The notes beneath the pieces were generated by a model, which was given only the letters and a program-made list of their open reading frames with translations, did no database searches and was not told where the DNA came from. Positions 40,470 through 53,505 of a DNA stretch of 64,000 bases are shown one piece after another. The position numbers and the translations under genes are program-made. Source of the DNA: Raillietiella orientalis (Eukaryota); NCBI GenBank assembly GCA_036172245.1, contig JAYWIR010000120.1, forward strand, positions 1 to 64,000. Direction: 5' to 3'. Position 1 is the stretch's first letter. Each line of letters opens with the position of its first letter.

Positions 40470-41095
40470 GATAAAACAAAAAGAACAAAAAATCATATAA
40501 GTGTGTCAATGTTTTAAGGAAAAGTACGCCGCTTGAAGGTCACTGCATCCGGTTTTGGATGCGGACAAGTGCCGGTAATTCTTTTCTCATCCGGCGCCAT
40601 CGGGGAGCCCTCTTACTAAAGATGACTGCCCAATGAATTGTATCCCTGCTTTGTTGTCCTCTCCTTGATGCGGTCCACTTCCATATGATTCCGCGTAGGC
40701 AGCAAACAACTGCAACACACGCGGCTGCTGGCAGGGCGTTCGGCATCAGCAGGCGAAGGAAAATGTCTTTTGGGTCGCTCACCGGGATGTTCATAATCGA
40801 CGAGAGAAGATTCCATGTAAGCAGAGAGCGACACACTGGATGAGGAGGTAAAGGAAGGTTTCCCTTTCCCCGCACTTTGCACAATTGGCATCTACACCCC
40901 CTGATGCCTAGTAGGAAAGGCGTACTCTGCAAAGAAGTCCCAATGCAGCACTAGCGGTACCGTCTCCTACCAATCCAAAGGAAGGGAGCCGTTGTCCCAA
41001 TGCGTTGGGGGCCACTTCATATCCTCTGGAGGTATACCGAGCAGCTTGCTCCAGCGCACAAGCCCATTTGGCAATGCCACCCGGGATACGTCCAT
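40470..41095 (-). mobile_element. LINE family E 3' fragment (ORF2 C-terminus, partial 3'UTR)
   Basis: LLGIPPEDMKWPP, NIPVSDPKDIF..CCLRGIIWKWTASRRG..LVRIQNRMQ matches 60320-60880. Confidence 0.85.
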
Positions 41096-43179
41096 TCAAA
41101 CTCTCAGGAGAGCGGACTCTTGCCAATTCAGAGGAAGAATCCTGGATCCATTTAGCACTGGGGCCACTTCTGGTCATCTGGATGGATGCCGTGCAGCTCG
41201 CCCTGTTTCCTCAATCTTCTAGGCTGGACGCTCGGGGTTGTGACGTCCTCCAGCTTTCGCATGGTCCAGGTGTTCATCAGCTTCTCTGTGCCTGCGATAC
41301 GGCAGGAGACTTGCCAACGTAACGTTCGGCTGCTGTGAAGCGCCCTCTTTAGGAATGGCATCGTCGTAGCTAGAAAAGTTGTCTCAGCCCATATGCAGCT
41401 CGTGGGAAAAACCAGTATTTTCCACAGAGTAGGGCGGGAGTAAAAGCCATTTTGCAGGCAGTTCCACGTCTCGTGGATCCTCTTTTATAACTTCGCCCAC
41501 GTGCCAGTAGTCTTTTCCAGCCATGCAGTAAAGTTTGCGGGGCTGCAAACCATCCAGCTGTTCTCCTTCGCCATGGTTGCCATGCGTCCTAGCAGAAGGC
41601 CGCAACTTCGTATCTTTCGGCCGGAGCACAAAAGATAAGACGTGAGTCCTTGAACCCTGGAGACACGGTTGGCGAAGAGACGTCCTGAAACGCACCAAGG
41701 GGTGCTCCACATCTTCGCTACGATGGCCACGGCTCGCCAGCGCAGTTGGATTTTTAAGCGCCTTGGCGTCAAGAGACCAAGACCGCCATCCAGAAGCGGA
41801 GTGCACAAGTCCAGAAGATGGAATAGCGGCCTCCCTCTGCCTCAAAGGGCAATGTGTAGGAGGTCCTTCCTTCTCTTTCTCAACTTCGCTGAGGAAGTGA
41901 CAAACAAAAACCTGGGGGCCGATGAGGGAAGCCGTAAACGCGTTCCACATCGTGGCCCGTTCCTGCAGGAAATAAATGCCGTATTGCAACGGACGGATCG
42001 CCGTCTGTAATTTCTGGAGGAAGCTGGACCACGCATCTGCTGCGAGATAATCCCCCAACAGAACGCGAAGGTACTTCAGATACCTCGCCGTGGAGAGCCC
42101 CAAGCGGATCCAGTCCTGCTACCCTGTCCACGTCGCACCAACCGCCACCACCGACGACTTTGTCCTCTTCACTCTTACCCGGTGCCCCGACTTAGCAAGT
42201 CGAAGAAATCTTCTACCGCCGAAGCTGGGGTGGACATAGGGAGCAGCAGAAGAAGGTCGTCCACGTAACCGAGACAGCAGGCGTACCCGGACGATGGCGT
42301 GGCAGGTGCTTCAGGGTCGCCCTGTACTCTCTCAGCACCAATTCGAAATAGGCTCTCAAGAGAAAGGGGTTCAGGCTGTCTTCCTGCTGTATGCTGCATC
42401 GCACCGATACGCCATGCGCAATGTGCCCGCTGAAAAAGACATTAATAAGCGCATCGCACCAGCTGGAGCGCAGATAGACCAACAAAGAGGCCGGAAATCT
42501 CAAGCGTTCCAGAATCTCTAGCTGAAGACTCTAGTCGACGCAGTAGAATGCTTTATGCAAGTCGACTGCTACTGCAAAGGCTCCTCTGCGCACCCCGACC
42601 ATCCGATCCATGGCTGACAGACTCACCGGAATTCCGGCTGCGCATCAAGTCCCTTTCATGTTGGAGCTCTAGCCAGGTGGAAGTGTGTAACAGGTTCGCC
42701 TCCATGCTTCGCCCGGGAAAAGCATATGTCTGCTCCGGGCTGATGAAGGCGTTTGCAATATGTCCCAAGCGCTCAGTCCAAACCTTAGCTATCAACTTGG
42801 CATCCGCATTCACTATTGTGATGGGACGCCAGATGTTCATACTCCTCAGATATCCTCCTACGAGAGGAGCCGCACCTTTGCTGAGCGAAACGAGGCAGAA
42901 ACGTCACCTGTTTCGCGGATGAGCAAAGTGAGCTGATATACCAGTGGGGTAATCTTTGCCTCGAAAGCATGATAGAACTCCGCAGGCAGGCCGTCCCCTC
43001 CCCTGGAGCCTTGCGCCTCTTCAGCTTTCCAATGGCTGAGATGATCTCGCGCATCGTAAAAGGCTCGTCGAGGGTCCTTTTCTCCTTCCCGATTGCTGCA
43101 ACACCTTCCGGAAACAGAAGTCGTGCGACATCCCATTCCGAAGGCGCTCTCGCGTACAGGGAGGAGTAAAACTTGTGAC
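41096..43179 (-). mobile_element. LINE family F ORF2 (linker, RT, thumb), frameshifted
   Basis: KFYSSLYA, KRRKAPGE, WRPITIVNADAK, SPEQTYA, YVDD, KYLRV, DGGLG, WQESALL. Confidence 0.9.
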
Positions 43180-43288
43180 GGATGGGAACGGACGCCGCCG
43201 CCTCGCTCCCATTCTTGTTTACTTAGTCTTCGGAACTTTGAGTGCTGGCAGCAGCGAGTTCGAGAGTGCCGCACTAGTCGATGGTGGA
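43180..43288 (+). mobile_element. Possible 5' stub (5'UTR to ATG) of an antisense-inserted LINE
   Basis: GGACG...GCTCC at 43190-43209 (20-nt variant), UTR-like sequence resembling the family H 5'UTR (gagtgctggcagc), ATG at 43281. Confidence 0.45.
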
Positions 43289-44430
43289 AATCCACGACGA
43301 CGCAACAACTTTTAATTTTCTCGCGGCGAGGTGCGGTTTCGCTTCGTTTCGCGAGTTTCTGTGCCTTTATGGCATTTTTGTTTTTTGAGTTGACCTCCTG
43401 CCAACCTGGCGCTTGGCCGAAGCCCTCAACCTTTTCGGCGTTTTCTCTCTGAGCCTCCGAGCTGGCCTTCGCCTTGGTGGCGGAGGTTACCTCCTTGGCT
43501 GCAGCTCGCCCTGTTAGCTTTTCCTCTTTTTTGCCGCGCGCTTTCTCGCGTACCTTTCAGACGCAACACGGTGTAAATTTTGGGGGCACACTTGACGGGT
43601 GTGCCCCGCTTGCTTGCACTGCTAGCACTGCACGCTCAGGCACCTCATTTTGAGGTGACCAAAACTGCTGCAGCAGCCGCTGAACTTGGGTTTCCCCACG
43701 TACCATACGTCAACGGATTCATCGTTGATGCATAGTTTGTGGGGAAACTCGCACCCTCTGCAAACCGTGACTCGCGCTGCTGCGAGTCTGCTAATCACTT
43801 CGTCGTTATCCACGAACGGATTGGGCCTAATCCACAGTGCGTGCACGGTTGCGAACTTTTCTAATTCGTTCCGAACGGCCTCTTTGGTAATCCAGTACGT
43901 TAGGCCGGTCAGGTGAACATCACCGACCGGTCCTCAGATATCAAGAGGAGGCTCCGGCTTCCTATCAGCACGGAAGATCTGAGGAGTCTCTGCGAAAGAG
44001 TTGCCTCCTTGCAGATGACTTCGACAAATTGTCGCCGCTTCTGATGGACATCTCCAGAAATTCCTCTTTTTGAACACCGAGAGCGCGCATCGTCTACGAA
44101 AAGTCACGTGCGTTCTCGGGTGAATATAAACCACCTACCTTGTATAGGAAAGGTGGGTTATACCCTTCCTCCAGATAGGCACGCATACCTGGCATAGTCG
44201 CAGGCGTTGGTGCTGCAGCCACGGCGTTCCAAGCCCTGGCTAGGGACGGGGGCGTATCCGTGTTATCGGAAACCCTACTTCCATCTTCTCCGAGGGTGAT
44301 GAGGTGATCACCCCAAATCCTCCCTGGTGATGGCATTAAGCATTCCTACCTATACCACCACTCACACCACACAGAAGCGCAGTAAAAAAACACAAATAAA
44401 GGAGCGACTACAGAACACGTCCGATCGCGG
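43289..44430 (-). mobile_element. LINE 5' end plus ORF1, decayed
   Basis: 5' motif GGACGTGTTCTGTAGTCGCTCC (rc 44401-44422); GYNPPFLYKVG; PHKL..VDVWYVGKPKF..C..GHLKMRC. Confidence 0.87.
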
Positions 44431-45675
44431 CTTCGCGTCTTCAGCGACAGCTGATAGTGTCGCGTTCGACGATCGACGATCGATCGAAGGAACGCGCTTG
44501 ATTGTAATGAGGCATTCCCTTAACCCCACTCGTAGGTTAATTTTTTTAATGCCGTTTGCGGTTTTTTTCGGTATACTTTCGTTCTGATTTGTCGATTTTT
44601 TTGTTTTCTCTATATTTGAATTTTAATTTTTTTCTTTTTTTGGCTGCGACTAATTTCCAGCCGTCCTCGCCAACAGTTGGGCCAGAAGTCTCCTTTTGAG
44701 GCTCCTGCTCCTTATGTGTGGCTTTTTCTGAGGGAAGTTGGAGGTCGCTTTTTGTGAGATTTTCCGCCTTCTTCCCTTCTTTTGATTTCGGGGTTTTTGG
44801 CGTTGGAGCGGCGTTTTTCGGACACACAACGCTTGTGTGGCCCTTAGCGCCGCACGTTGGGCATGTGGCGTCCGGGCATCTCTTTTTGAGATGACCAAAC
44901 GTGTTGCACATCTCGCAGTATTTTTGTTTCCCTACGTACCAGAGATCAACGAGCTCGTCGTTAATCTCCAGCTTGTGGGGAATTTCAATGTTTTCGCGGA
45001 GAGTTACGCGAGCTCCAAGTCGCCCACTAAATGCGCCTCTATATGTGAAGGCGTTGGGCTTCTTCCACATCGCGTAAATCTCTGAGAACTTGTTAATTTC
45101 AGTGCGAATGGCTTCGTCGCTCATCCGCACCGTTGTTCCTGTTAGTTGGATCACTATAGAGTGATCCACCGTGTGTGGGAGGAGATTCCGCCCTTCAAAG
45201 GGAACGGGCGTGCAGAGCAGTTTGTGCGTTAGCGCTGCATCTCGGCAGATGAGCTCCGCGAACTACCCTTCGCTCCGTACCGAGAAGCACAGAATCTTTT
45301 CCTCTGTAATGCCCATCCTATGGATGGCGTTTCCGAATTTCCGCGTTGTGATTCTTGAATACAAATTGCCTACCTTCTAAAGGAGGGCAGGGTTGTAGCC
45401 CTCCTTTATGTAGCCTTTTACTTCTGCGGCTACGTCCGGCGGAGCCGCCGCGGCCACTTTGTTCCATGCCCTCGGCGGGGCGACGGGGGCTGATTTTGTG
45501 GTGGGGCATGATCCCATTTCAATTGGTTGGAAAAACGTGGGTCTCATGCCCCCCTTTGCTGGTGCTGCGGCGTCTTCACGCATTCCTGCCTTCCAGCTGC
45601 AGCACTTCCATACTTTAGAAAACTTCCTTTTGGCCTGCTCACGGGAGCTAACCAAAAACGCGTGCGACCCATACT
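44431..45675 (-). mobile_element. LINE 5' end plus ORF1 (family H)
   Basis: 5' motif GCACGCGTTTTTGGTTAGCTCC (rc 45644-45665); two CCHC knuckles CEMCNTFGHLKKRC and CPTCGAKGHTSVVC; same family as 1-618. Confidence 0.9.
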
Positions 45676-46655
45676 AAGGTGATCCGAATCTTGCGGAACT
45701 TCTACTCCGCTTTTCCCGCGAGCTGCATGTGGGCGGAGAGGACCCTCTTGCTACGGTGACGCTCTTTTTGCGGAGGGCGCTTCACCGCAGCCGCAGCCAA
45801 GGTGGCAAGTACTCTGCTAAATCGCAGGCAGAGAGTTGATCAGCGGCTGGACCATATGAGAGCAGGCGGACGCCACAACCTCGAGCGTCTAGCCAAGAGA
45901 ATTGTGGATTTGGGGCGACCTGCACGGCATCCAGACGGATGACTTGAAGTAGCCCCGAATTGTAAATGCATCCAGGATTCTTTCCCTGAAGTGGCAGGAT
46001 TTGGGGCTCCTGTTGTTGCATTGATGTCTGCCCTGCAAAGCGCGACGCTCCCACTGGATGCGGGAAAGTGTAAACCAGGAGTGTGCCAGGTGTGAGGAAA
46101 GAGAGCCTTTCCCCTCCTCATAGTTGACAGCCCTACCGTCAGGATTGAGTGTGAACGTCTCAAAGCGACCCTTTTGAAACCTGTTGACAGAAACTCCAGA
46201 AATGTTTAGAGTCTTCTCATCGTGCCAGAGGTCCTGATGCCAGCCACAGCCCTGGCATAAATTTGCTGCATCGGTGGCGGCATGGAATGTAGCCGAAGAT
46301 GAAGATTCCAACGTAACGGACGTCATGCCATATGCTATTTGGTTCCTACAGAGAGCTACCGGATGATACCAGCTGTGCAGATTGGAGAAGGACCTTGAGG
46401 GCATCCTACATAGGATGGATCTTCCTCCCATTGGGCAGTGATCCCTTCCCTTCCGTCCAAAAACTTTTTTGGTCATTGTTTTAATTTTTCTTTTATTTTT
46501 TTCTTTTTCCTTCCACTGTCGAGAAGAGTAACGCTGGCATGCGTCCAGGCGTCCCGGCAGATCCGCCGAAATGTTGGCCGTTAGTGAAGCCTTGTACCAC
46601 GTATTGTACTGACCTTTGGAAAACTTGGAATAATCTTCCCGGCGTATCCGTTTGA
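45676..46655 (+). mobile_element. LINE ORF2 remnant: short linker piece fused to a B-like C-terminus plus 3'UTR
   Basis: KVIRILRNFYS then FPASCMWAE; CARCEER; terminal AATAAT-CCCGGCGTATCCG at 46629-46651. Confidence 0.82.
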
Positions 46656-47826
46656 CATCGACGCAGCATCAACCTATGTAGGCTCCAGCTATAGACGATA
46701 GTTACCTTGATTCGGAATAATCAAGGATAGATCACGTGTCGTCCCGCGAACGGTAGTGCTTGACTGCAGGAAACCTTGCGCATGGAGAACAGAGCGGCAT
46801 GCAACTTGCCCAGCAGGAACGACGTATCTTGTTTGGTTCTTACAGAAGTTACACGCTCTAGGAGATCTTAGACGATCCGAAATAGAGAGCGTGGTCAAGA
46901 AGAATTACTCTCGTTGCTGCGCTGGCTTCCCTAATGGAAGATCAGTACACCGTTGTTGCGGCGAAGTGGGAAGTTGCAGTGACGATCTTCGGTAAGGAGA
47001 AAAAGATAGGAGAGTGGAAGATGGGCCAGCTAACAGACGCTGCGAACTCGAGGACGCCTCTTCATGGACTTCTGCGCAGGAGCGCCTTGCTCGATGTTCC
47101 CATTTTACATCTGAAGTGGTCCCCGATGCTTATGAACATTTTCACCCTCCTCTTGGAATGGCAGGATTCGACTCTACTGTTGCAGCAGTGGGGAATCCCC
47201 TGCAACGCCCTCCGTCTCCATTGGACCTGCAAAGCGTTGAACCAAATTGTGTTAGGTGTGGGGAACGGGAATCCCTCCCCACCTACATGTCGATTGTGTT
47301 GCCCTCCGGTATATTGGGTACGCTTTGCCACGGCTATCGGTATCCCCTGCGGCAACCCCAGGAACGCATTCAAAGCCCTCTTCCTTGTCGACACCCTTCG
47401 GCCTTAGGCCCGTTAACATCCATGTGTTGCCTTTGGGGGATTGTTGCCAGTTCGAACAAGGCTATCAAAGAACCTTGCGATAAGAATGCCATCCAGCACG
47501 CCGCAGAATTTTTGAGGAGGGCATCGCAACGGCCCCACCTGTATCCAAGAGTATAACAAGATCTTGCCGGCATCGTACAAAGAATGCAACGTCCGCATCA
47601 GCAACTGTAATCCTTTCCCTTACCTTCCCAAACTTTCTTTTTTAGTTTAGTTTTTTTGTTTATTTCCTTTCCCCGTGCTGCCGTGGTGGTCTGTGCCGGT
47701 CTGCAAACCGGTGACCCGGCAGGCTCTGTGTTTCTCCGTGGGTGGCTGGAGTCCTGATCCAGCCACAGTATGTCCTTGTCAAAGTTTAGATTTTTAATAG
47801 ATGCCCTGGCAAAAGCCGGTTGAAAA
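46656..47826 (+). mobile_element. C-related LINE 3' part plus 3'UTR
   Basis: Homologous to 8530-9704 (AAKWEV, LTDAA, LKWSP, CVRCGERESLP); terminal AATAGA-CCCTGGCAAAAGCCGG-TTGAAAA. Confidence 0.87.
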
Positions 47827-48648
47827 TCGGACGCCTTATGGCGATTCACCGCGTTTGCTAGGCCCCCCTTTCTTAGCCAGGTTTCCCTTTCCTGCTGGTT
47901 GGCGCCCGCAAAAGTGAGGCTGCCAAAAATCCGTTCCTTTTCGTTAGCACACTTCTGCACATAAAACCATGTGCTCTCGTAGAAGAAGTTGACTTCCATA
48001 ACTCGCTCTGGAACAGCGTAACTCTGTTCCATGATAATTATGGAGTCTGCCATGTACCCCAATTGCGACGTCCACAGCCCGGCAATCAACTTGTCTTCCG
48101 TGTTCACGATCGTGATCGGTCGCAAGTACTTGAATTTCCTTAGGTCTCCTCGCTTCGGAATAAGCCTCACACTGGCTGACCGAAACGAGGCGGGAACATC
48201 GCCTTCGTCTCGGATTAGCCTTGTCAACGCGAGTACCAAGAGAACCGCTCCAGGGCGAATCATTGAACACACTCTGTGGGCAGACCGTCATCCTCTGACG
48301 CCTTACGCCTCTTGTGCTTCCTAACTCCGGCGAGAATCGTGCCGGTCGTAAAAGGCTCGTCGAGACTTTCCATCTTTTTCTCCCCTATTGCCGGGGCACC
48401 ATCCGGAAGCAAGCGTCAGGAAACCACTCGTTCCTGGGGGGCCCTGGAGTAAAGGGAGGAATAGTAACTCTGCACGAGATTCCGTTCCGACGCCGGGGAT
48501 GAGCGTTCCCGGCCTTGATCCTCCAGCAAACTGGCGGACTCGGATCTCCAGGCTTGTCTCTCGACCCCAGCTCAATATATGGCCAGGAGATGGACATTGG
48601 AGTTCCTCTCGTAATGGCGGGCATGTAAGTACACGCGCTTGTTGCGAG
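47827..48648 (-). mobile_element. B-like LINE ORF2 middle fragment (linker to RT KAFD motif)
   Basis: RNKRVYLHARHYER, YYSSL, RDEGDVPASFRSA, RPITIVNT, EQSYAVP, NRHKASD. Confidence 0.85.
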
Positions 48649-49667
48649 AGGACGTGTTTTTTAGCGCTTCGAATGCGCGGATCGGAGAGTGCTATTGTGT
48701 CGTTTTGTGACTGTACACATAGTCTGTATCCAATGGCAGCGCTTTCAGAGGACATCACGATGGAGGCTGATGTAAGGGAGGCCTGCCTTCCCAAAACCTG
48801 CAGAATCAGGGGCAACAGCCTCAGGATCACCCCTGCCGCCGGAAAGGAGCTGGTGCGCCATGTTGGCAGCGCTGAGTGCAAGCTTTAGCGGAGATGGCTG
48901 CGTATAAGGCCTCAGGATGCAAAATATCGTGTATACCACCTAGGTCCTTTATTCGACTGCGTGACACTACGCGCGTTTTGCTGCAGGCGGCAAATGTAAA
49001 AGATCTTAACGGCTTCTCCGTTCTTAGTGGGGTTCAGCGCGTCGAGGTAGCCTATAAAGACATCATCTTTGCCCTATGCCTGATGAATACCCCTGTAATC
49101 GCAGATGGCCGCAAGGTCTTGCCGGTGTCGATGGACCGGTCCGTCGCGATTTATCTCTGGGATCAGAAACCGCATGATCCGGTCTGCTGTTAGTGATGAA
49201 TTCAAAAAATACTGCGATGTACACGCGCTTTGTTCCAAGCCCACGATATTCGATGGCTACAATAGCCTTTTCAGGTGCCGTGCTGCAGTGCGTGTCATAG
49301 TTAAAGATGATTGTGAGTTTCCCACAATCTAGTGCTGGCCAACGAGGCGGTCGACCTCTGGTACGCAGGGAAACTCCGGTATTGTGGGTACTGCAATATA
49401 GCAAGGAACCTCCGAAAGAGGTGTTCAAACTTTAAGTGCCATTTCTGCGAAAAGAAAGACCGACTTGCCAGGATTAGCACTGTAGTGTCCTTTCGCGGTT
49501 GGATCTGCACAGCTAGTTCGAATGTCAGAAAGGTGCGAGACGAAGGCAACAGAAGGGATACAGCCGACACCCTGCATGAGTTCGACATGGCCCTGCTGCA
49601 GATCATCCACGTAATCACCGCGGCGGACGTCTAGGAGAACAAGACGATTGCGGAAGGTCGGCTGTTT
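48649..49667 (+). mobile_element. B-like LINE 5' end, ORF1 and start of EN, with an internal deletion
   Basis: 5' motif GGACGTGTTTTTTAGCGCTTC at 48650; VLSGVQRVE, VDLWYAGKLRYCGYC, CHFCEKK; then ICTASSNV..FDMALLQ..GRLF. Confidence 0.85.
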
Positions 49668-51270
49668 ATCATCCGGGTGCGCCGGGGCGTTTATTAAAAA
49701 CTATCCGAGAACAGAGTTCCTGGACAATGGGGAAAACAAGATACGAAGGGGGTGGGATCCCCGACACGCAGGTTGGTATGGCGAAAGTCCGGAACGAAAG
49801 AGAGGGGACCACAAATAGACTACTATAAAAAATAAAAATAAAAATATGGTGGGCAGGGGACAGGGGTCTTTGGTGAGTCCGTTCCTTCCTTTCAAAACCG
49901 GCGATGGATGCCGGCGATCTCTCTCCTTACGTCCTGTGGCAGATGAGCCCACTTGGCAACCGACGACATGCATGTGCTGGCTAATCCGGTGGGCTGACGA
50001 ACGATGGCCAGCTTCTATAACTCTCGGTGGGCCTTGTCGATGGCACGCCTCAACACATGGTTGCAACGACAGCACCCAAATACAGGCCGCCTGGCGTGAA
50101 GAAGCGGCGCATCAAGTCCCTCGCGGTGTCCCCCTGGTGCAGTAGAGCTGAAACCGGCCTCCGCTAAAGTCCTAGAAGGGCACCGCAGTCCAGGAGCAGG
50201 TGCGGGAGCGTTTCCACTTCCCCGCACCGCTTACAGTTTGGGGAGACAAACCCCCCAGAAACACGGTTCGTCCGCTGGTTGGAGTGAAAACCCCAATGCA
50301 CCAGCATGATGACGTCCTGCTTCCACGAAAGGGGGAACACAGAAGTGTTCAAACAGGAGGGAGGGACCACAACTTCTTCGGGGGGCACACTCAAGTGTTC
50401 ACTCCACCGAAGGAGTTTCTTCGGAACGTGGAGAGGCGTGGCGGCGTCCGCCAGCTAGCAAGTCCTCCAGACGCCAATACGTCGTATTGTTCCTGCGATG
50501 GTGCAGGCGACCTCCCATCTCGCCGTTACGCAGCTGTAATCTCTTGCCCTGAGGGCTGACAGCGCGTCGGCGAGCGTGGTGACGGCCAGGCGAGTCCACT
50601 TCTGATGGCTGTTGCACACCTCGTCCACCGTGATATACGGAGACAGCTGAGCGCAACGAAGTTCCAGGAGGGAAACATCCTGGTACTTTGCCCAGCCATG
50701 CAACGGTTCCTGCCGCCAGGCTTAAAAGTTCGTTGGGCGGCAGGAAGTCCATTCCTCGGTTTCCAGGGGCCGGTAGAACGGTTTCAAGGGGAAACCGAAG
50801 CTTCTTGTGGCGCGCTCGGTATGCGGCCGCAGCGACAGAAGTCCATCGCTGCCTGTGCAGCGTTGCAGAAGCAGGCGCGCGGGAGCGCACAACGGAGTGG
50901 ACCAAAGGTTGGCGCACATGGCCAACATCCGAAGCTGCACCTGCAGCTCGATTCTTTCCAGCGTCAGGATGCCTAAGCCAGCATCGCGACGCGGAACCGC
51001 CAAGTCTTTCAGGCGGATCCTGGACCTCGCAGTACCCCACAGAGCATTCCTCAACAGGCTGTGCGCCTGGAGCTTCGCCGAGTAGGGGGACGGGCAAACA
51101 AAAAGCAGGGCGCGCAAGAGGGGCGCTACGAAGGTGTTAAATATAGCAGCCCGCTCTGACAGGAGGAGCCTGTCATGCTGGAACGGGCTCAGAACACTCG
51201 TAGCCTTCCGAAGGCAGTCCGACCACACTTCCACTGGGCTGATGTTCCCCAGCGGAACGCCCAGATATTG
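49665..51270 (-). mobile_element. Family A LINE 3' part (RT end to 3' tail)
   Basis: YLGVP, WGTARSRIRLKDLAVPRRDAGLG, CKRCGEVETLPHLLLDC; AATAAACGCCCCGGCGCACCCGGATGATAAA. Confidence 0.9.
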
Positions 51271-51660
51271 CATGGAGGAAGCCGTCGAGCAAGTCTTACC
51301 CAGCGTCTGCTCCGTACAGCTGTTCTTCTGGGGAATCGCCGGCGCCTCCCAATCACGGTGGATAGATCTATCATGATCCATCTCCTCGGAATCACATTCC
51401 GGATGGCCAAAGAGGCTGTCCGAAAGGAATTAATTAAATTTGGAACCGTCCACGCGTTGTGGAAAAAGCCGACTCCGTTTTAAGAGTACGATCTGCTGAA
51501 TTGCGGTCTGGCTTCCGCGCGAATTACGGTCCGCGAGGGTTGCTCCTCACCAAACAAGCTGGAGGCCAACGGCGAACCCGTTGACATCTGGTATGTTGGT
51601 AAGCCGCATTTCTGCGGGAATTGCAGCACTTCAGGTCACCTGAAAAAAAGGTGCCCTTAC
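51271..51660 (+). mobile_element. LINE ORF1 internal fragment
   Basis: PITVDRSIMIHLLG..FGTVHALWKKP..VDIWYVGKPHFCGNCSTSGHLKKRCP. Confidence 0.85.
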
Positions 51661-53224
51661 TTGCTGTGGGGGCCTCCTCCGCGGAGGCGCCTCCAAAGAA
51701 GACGGGACGCAAATCCAAGAATCCTAGGAAGCGACTGCCGACAAAGAACGAGGATGGGGACGCACCGGCAATCGGATCAGTATCACCTTCTTCAGGTGTC
51801 TTCACCGCGGCCGGGCTTCTCAAGAATTTTCGCGCGGGGATCTCGTGGCCGACGAGTGCAGCCTCGAGCTCTTCCGCCGCCTGCTCGAAGGCGGCATCCT
51901 CGATTACGGACAGCGCATCGTAAGGCTCCACCTCTGTTTTCAGAGAGGGTTGTCCTTCGGTGATCGCGGCTTCCACGCAAACGAAGCGAAGGATATCTCC
52001 CCCGGTGGTGACCTCTAAGGCCTCCACGCGCTCTAAAGTGACCGAGCTTCCGCAAAGCAGTGCGCAGCGCTCTCTTTTATTCAGAGATTTCGCCGCTGGC
52101 TCTGCTTTCGTGGCTACGGTTTTCTTTGGTTTCTTTTGCTTCACCGTCCGCCAGCCTTCCTCATCAGTGCCGTTGGGAGTTTTCTCGACCGGCGTTTGCT
52201 GAGAGGTTTCGAGATCTGGCTTCTGGCTACGCCTTGCTGTAGCCTCCTTTGGATTCGAAGTTTTGTCCGCGCGTGTCCCCTGAGCTTTTTTCAAAGCGGG
52301 GCGAGCCAAAGTTACGCGCTTTAAGCACATTTTCCGGAGGTGGCCCTTTTCTCCGCACGAGAAACACTCGATGTGGGGCACCGTTTTTTCAGGTGCCCTG
52401 TCGCATCGCAGTGTCCACAGAACTTGCTTTTCCCCACGTACCAGCTATCGACCTTTTCGTTGCCGACGTCTAGCTTGTGGGGTAACCCACCGTTCTCATG
52501 CACGGTTACACGCGCTGCGGCCATGCCACTAAACAGCGTTCCATAGGACTGTAAGACGTTGGGCTTGCTCCAAAGCGCGTGAACCGTGCCGAACTTGCTG
52601 AGTTCCTCCTGCACGCCCTTCGTCGACATGCGGAGGGTAACTCCCGTGAGGTGCGCCACTACCGAGCGGTCCTCAGTTACAGGTGAGAGCTTTCTGCCTT
52701 CCAGCATAATGGGGGTGTTTAGCAGGCGTTGAGCCAGGCTTGCATCCTTACAAGTCAACTCCACCCGCTGACCACCGCTTAACACTGAAAGACCTTCCAA
52801 CTCTTCTTCTTTAACATTAAGCCGCTGCAACTCCCTCTCAAAGTGGCGAGCGGTATTTCCAACAAAGATATTGCCTACCTTATAGATGAGGGACGGCTTG
52901 TACCCTTGTTCTTGATAGGCTGTTTGTTCGGCCATGGCATCAGCGGATGGTGCTGCATCCTCGTCGTTGGCGAGGATGGCTCCGAGGACACGCTTGCACC
53001 CTTTTTCAAGTGAACCGATGCCCTCGCCTCCGTGTAGGCAATCGCCCCCACCACCATGGGCTGGGGAGAGACACTCGCCTCTCCTGCTCCAATCTCCATC
53101 GCGGTGTCCGCTGGCATTTCTGCCATGGGACACCGACGATGCGTTACACACTCTATCAAACGAAAAGAAATAAAGAAGAATCCCCAAGCTGAAGCGGTAG
53201 GAGTGCAGGAAAAACACGTCCGTT
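51661..53224 (-). mobile_element. LINE 5' end plus most of ORF1 (family K)
   Basis: 5' motif GGACGTGTTTTTCCTGCACTCC (rc 53200-53221); GYKPSLIYKVG; CGHCDATGHLKKRC and CFSCGEKGHLRKMC. Confidence 0.9.
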
Positions 53225-53430
53225 CAGTTCGACGAGGAAGGTCGAGTTGGGCAACTTGTCCTCAAGTGGTCAGACTCTATCGACCTCGTGCTCACGAACG
53301 TATACGCGCCCTGCAGCAGCCACAGGCGCGGAGAAGGCACTGAGTTCTTTCAAGCCCTGCGGTGAGACTGGTTGGCAGAAGCAGGCGTGCAGCGGGCGCA
53401 CCTGATAGCGGGATACTTCAAGCGGGAGAC

Positions 53431-53505
53431 TTTTTTTTTGTTTGTTTGTTTGTTTGTTTGTTTGTTTGTTTGTTTGTTTTGTTTTGTTTTTTTTTTTTGT
53501 TTTTT
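53431..53505. repeat. (TTTG)n / T-rich microsatellite
   Basis: About 10 TTTG units followed by TTTTG and poly-T. Confidence 0.95.
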
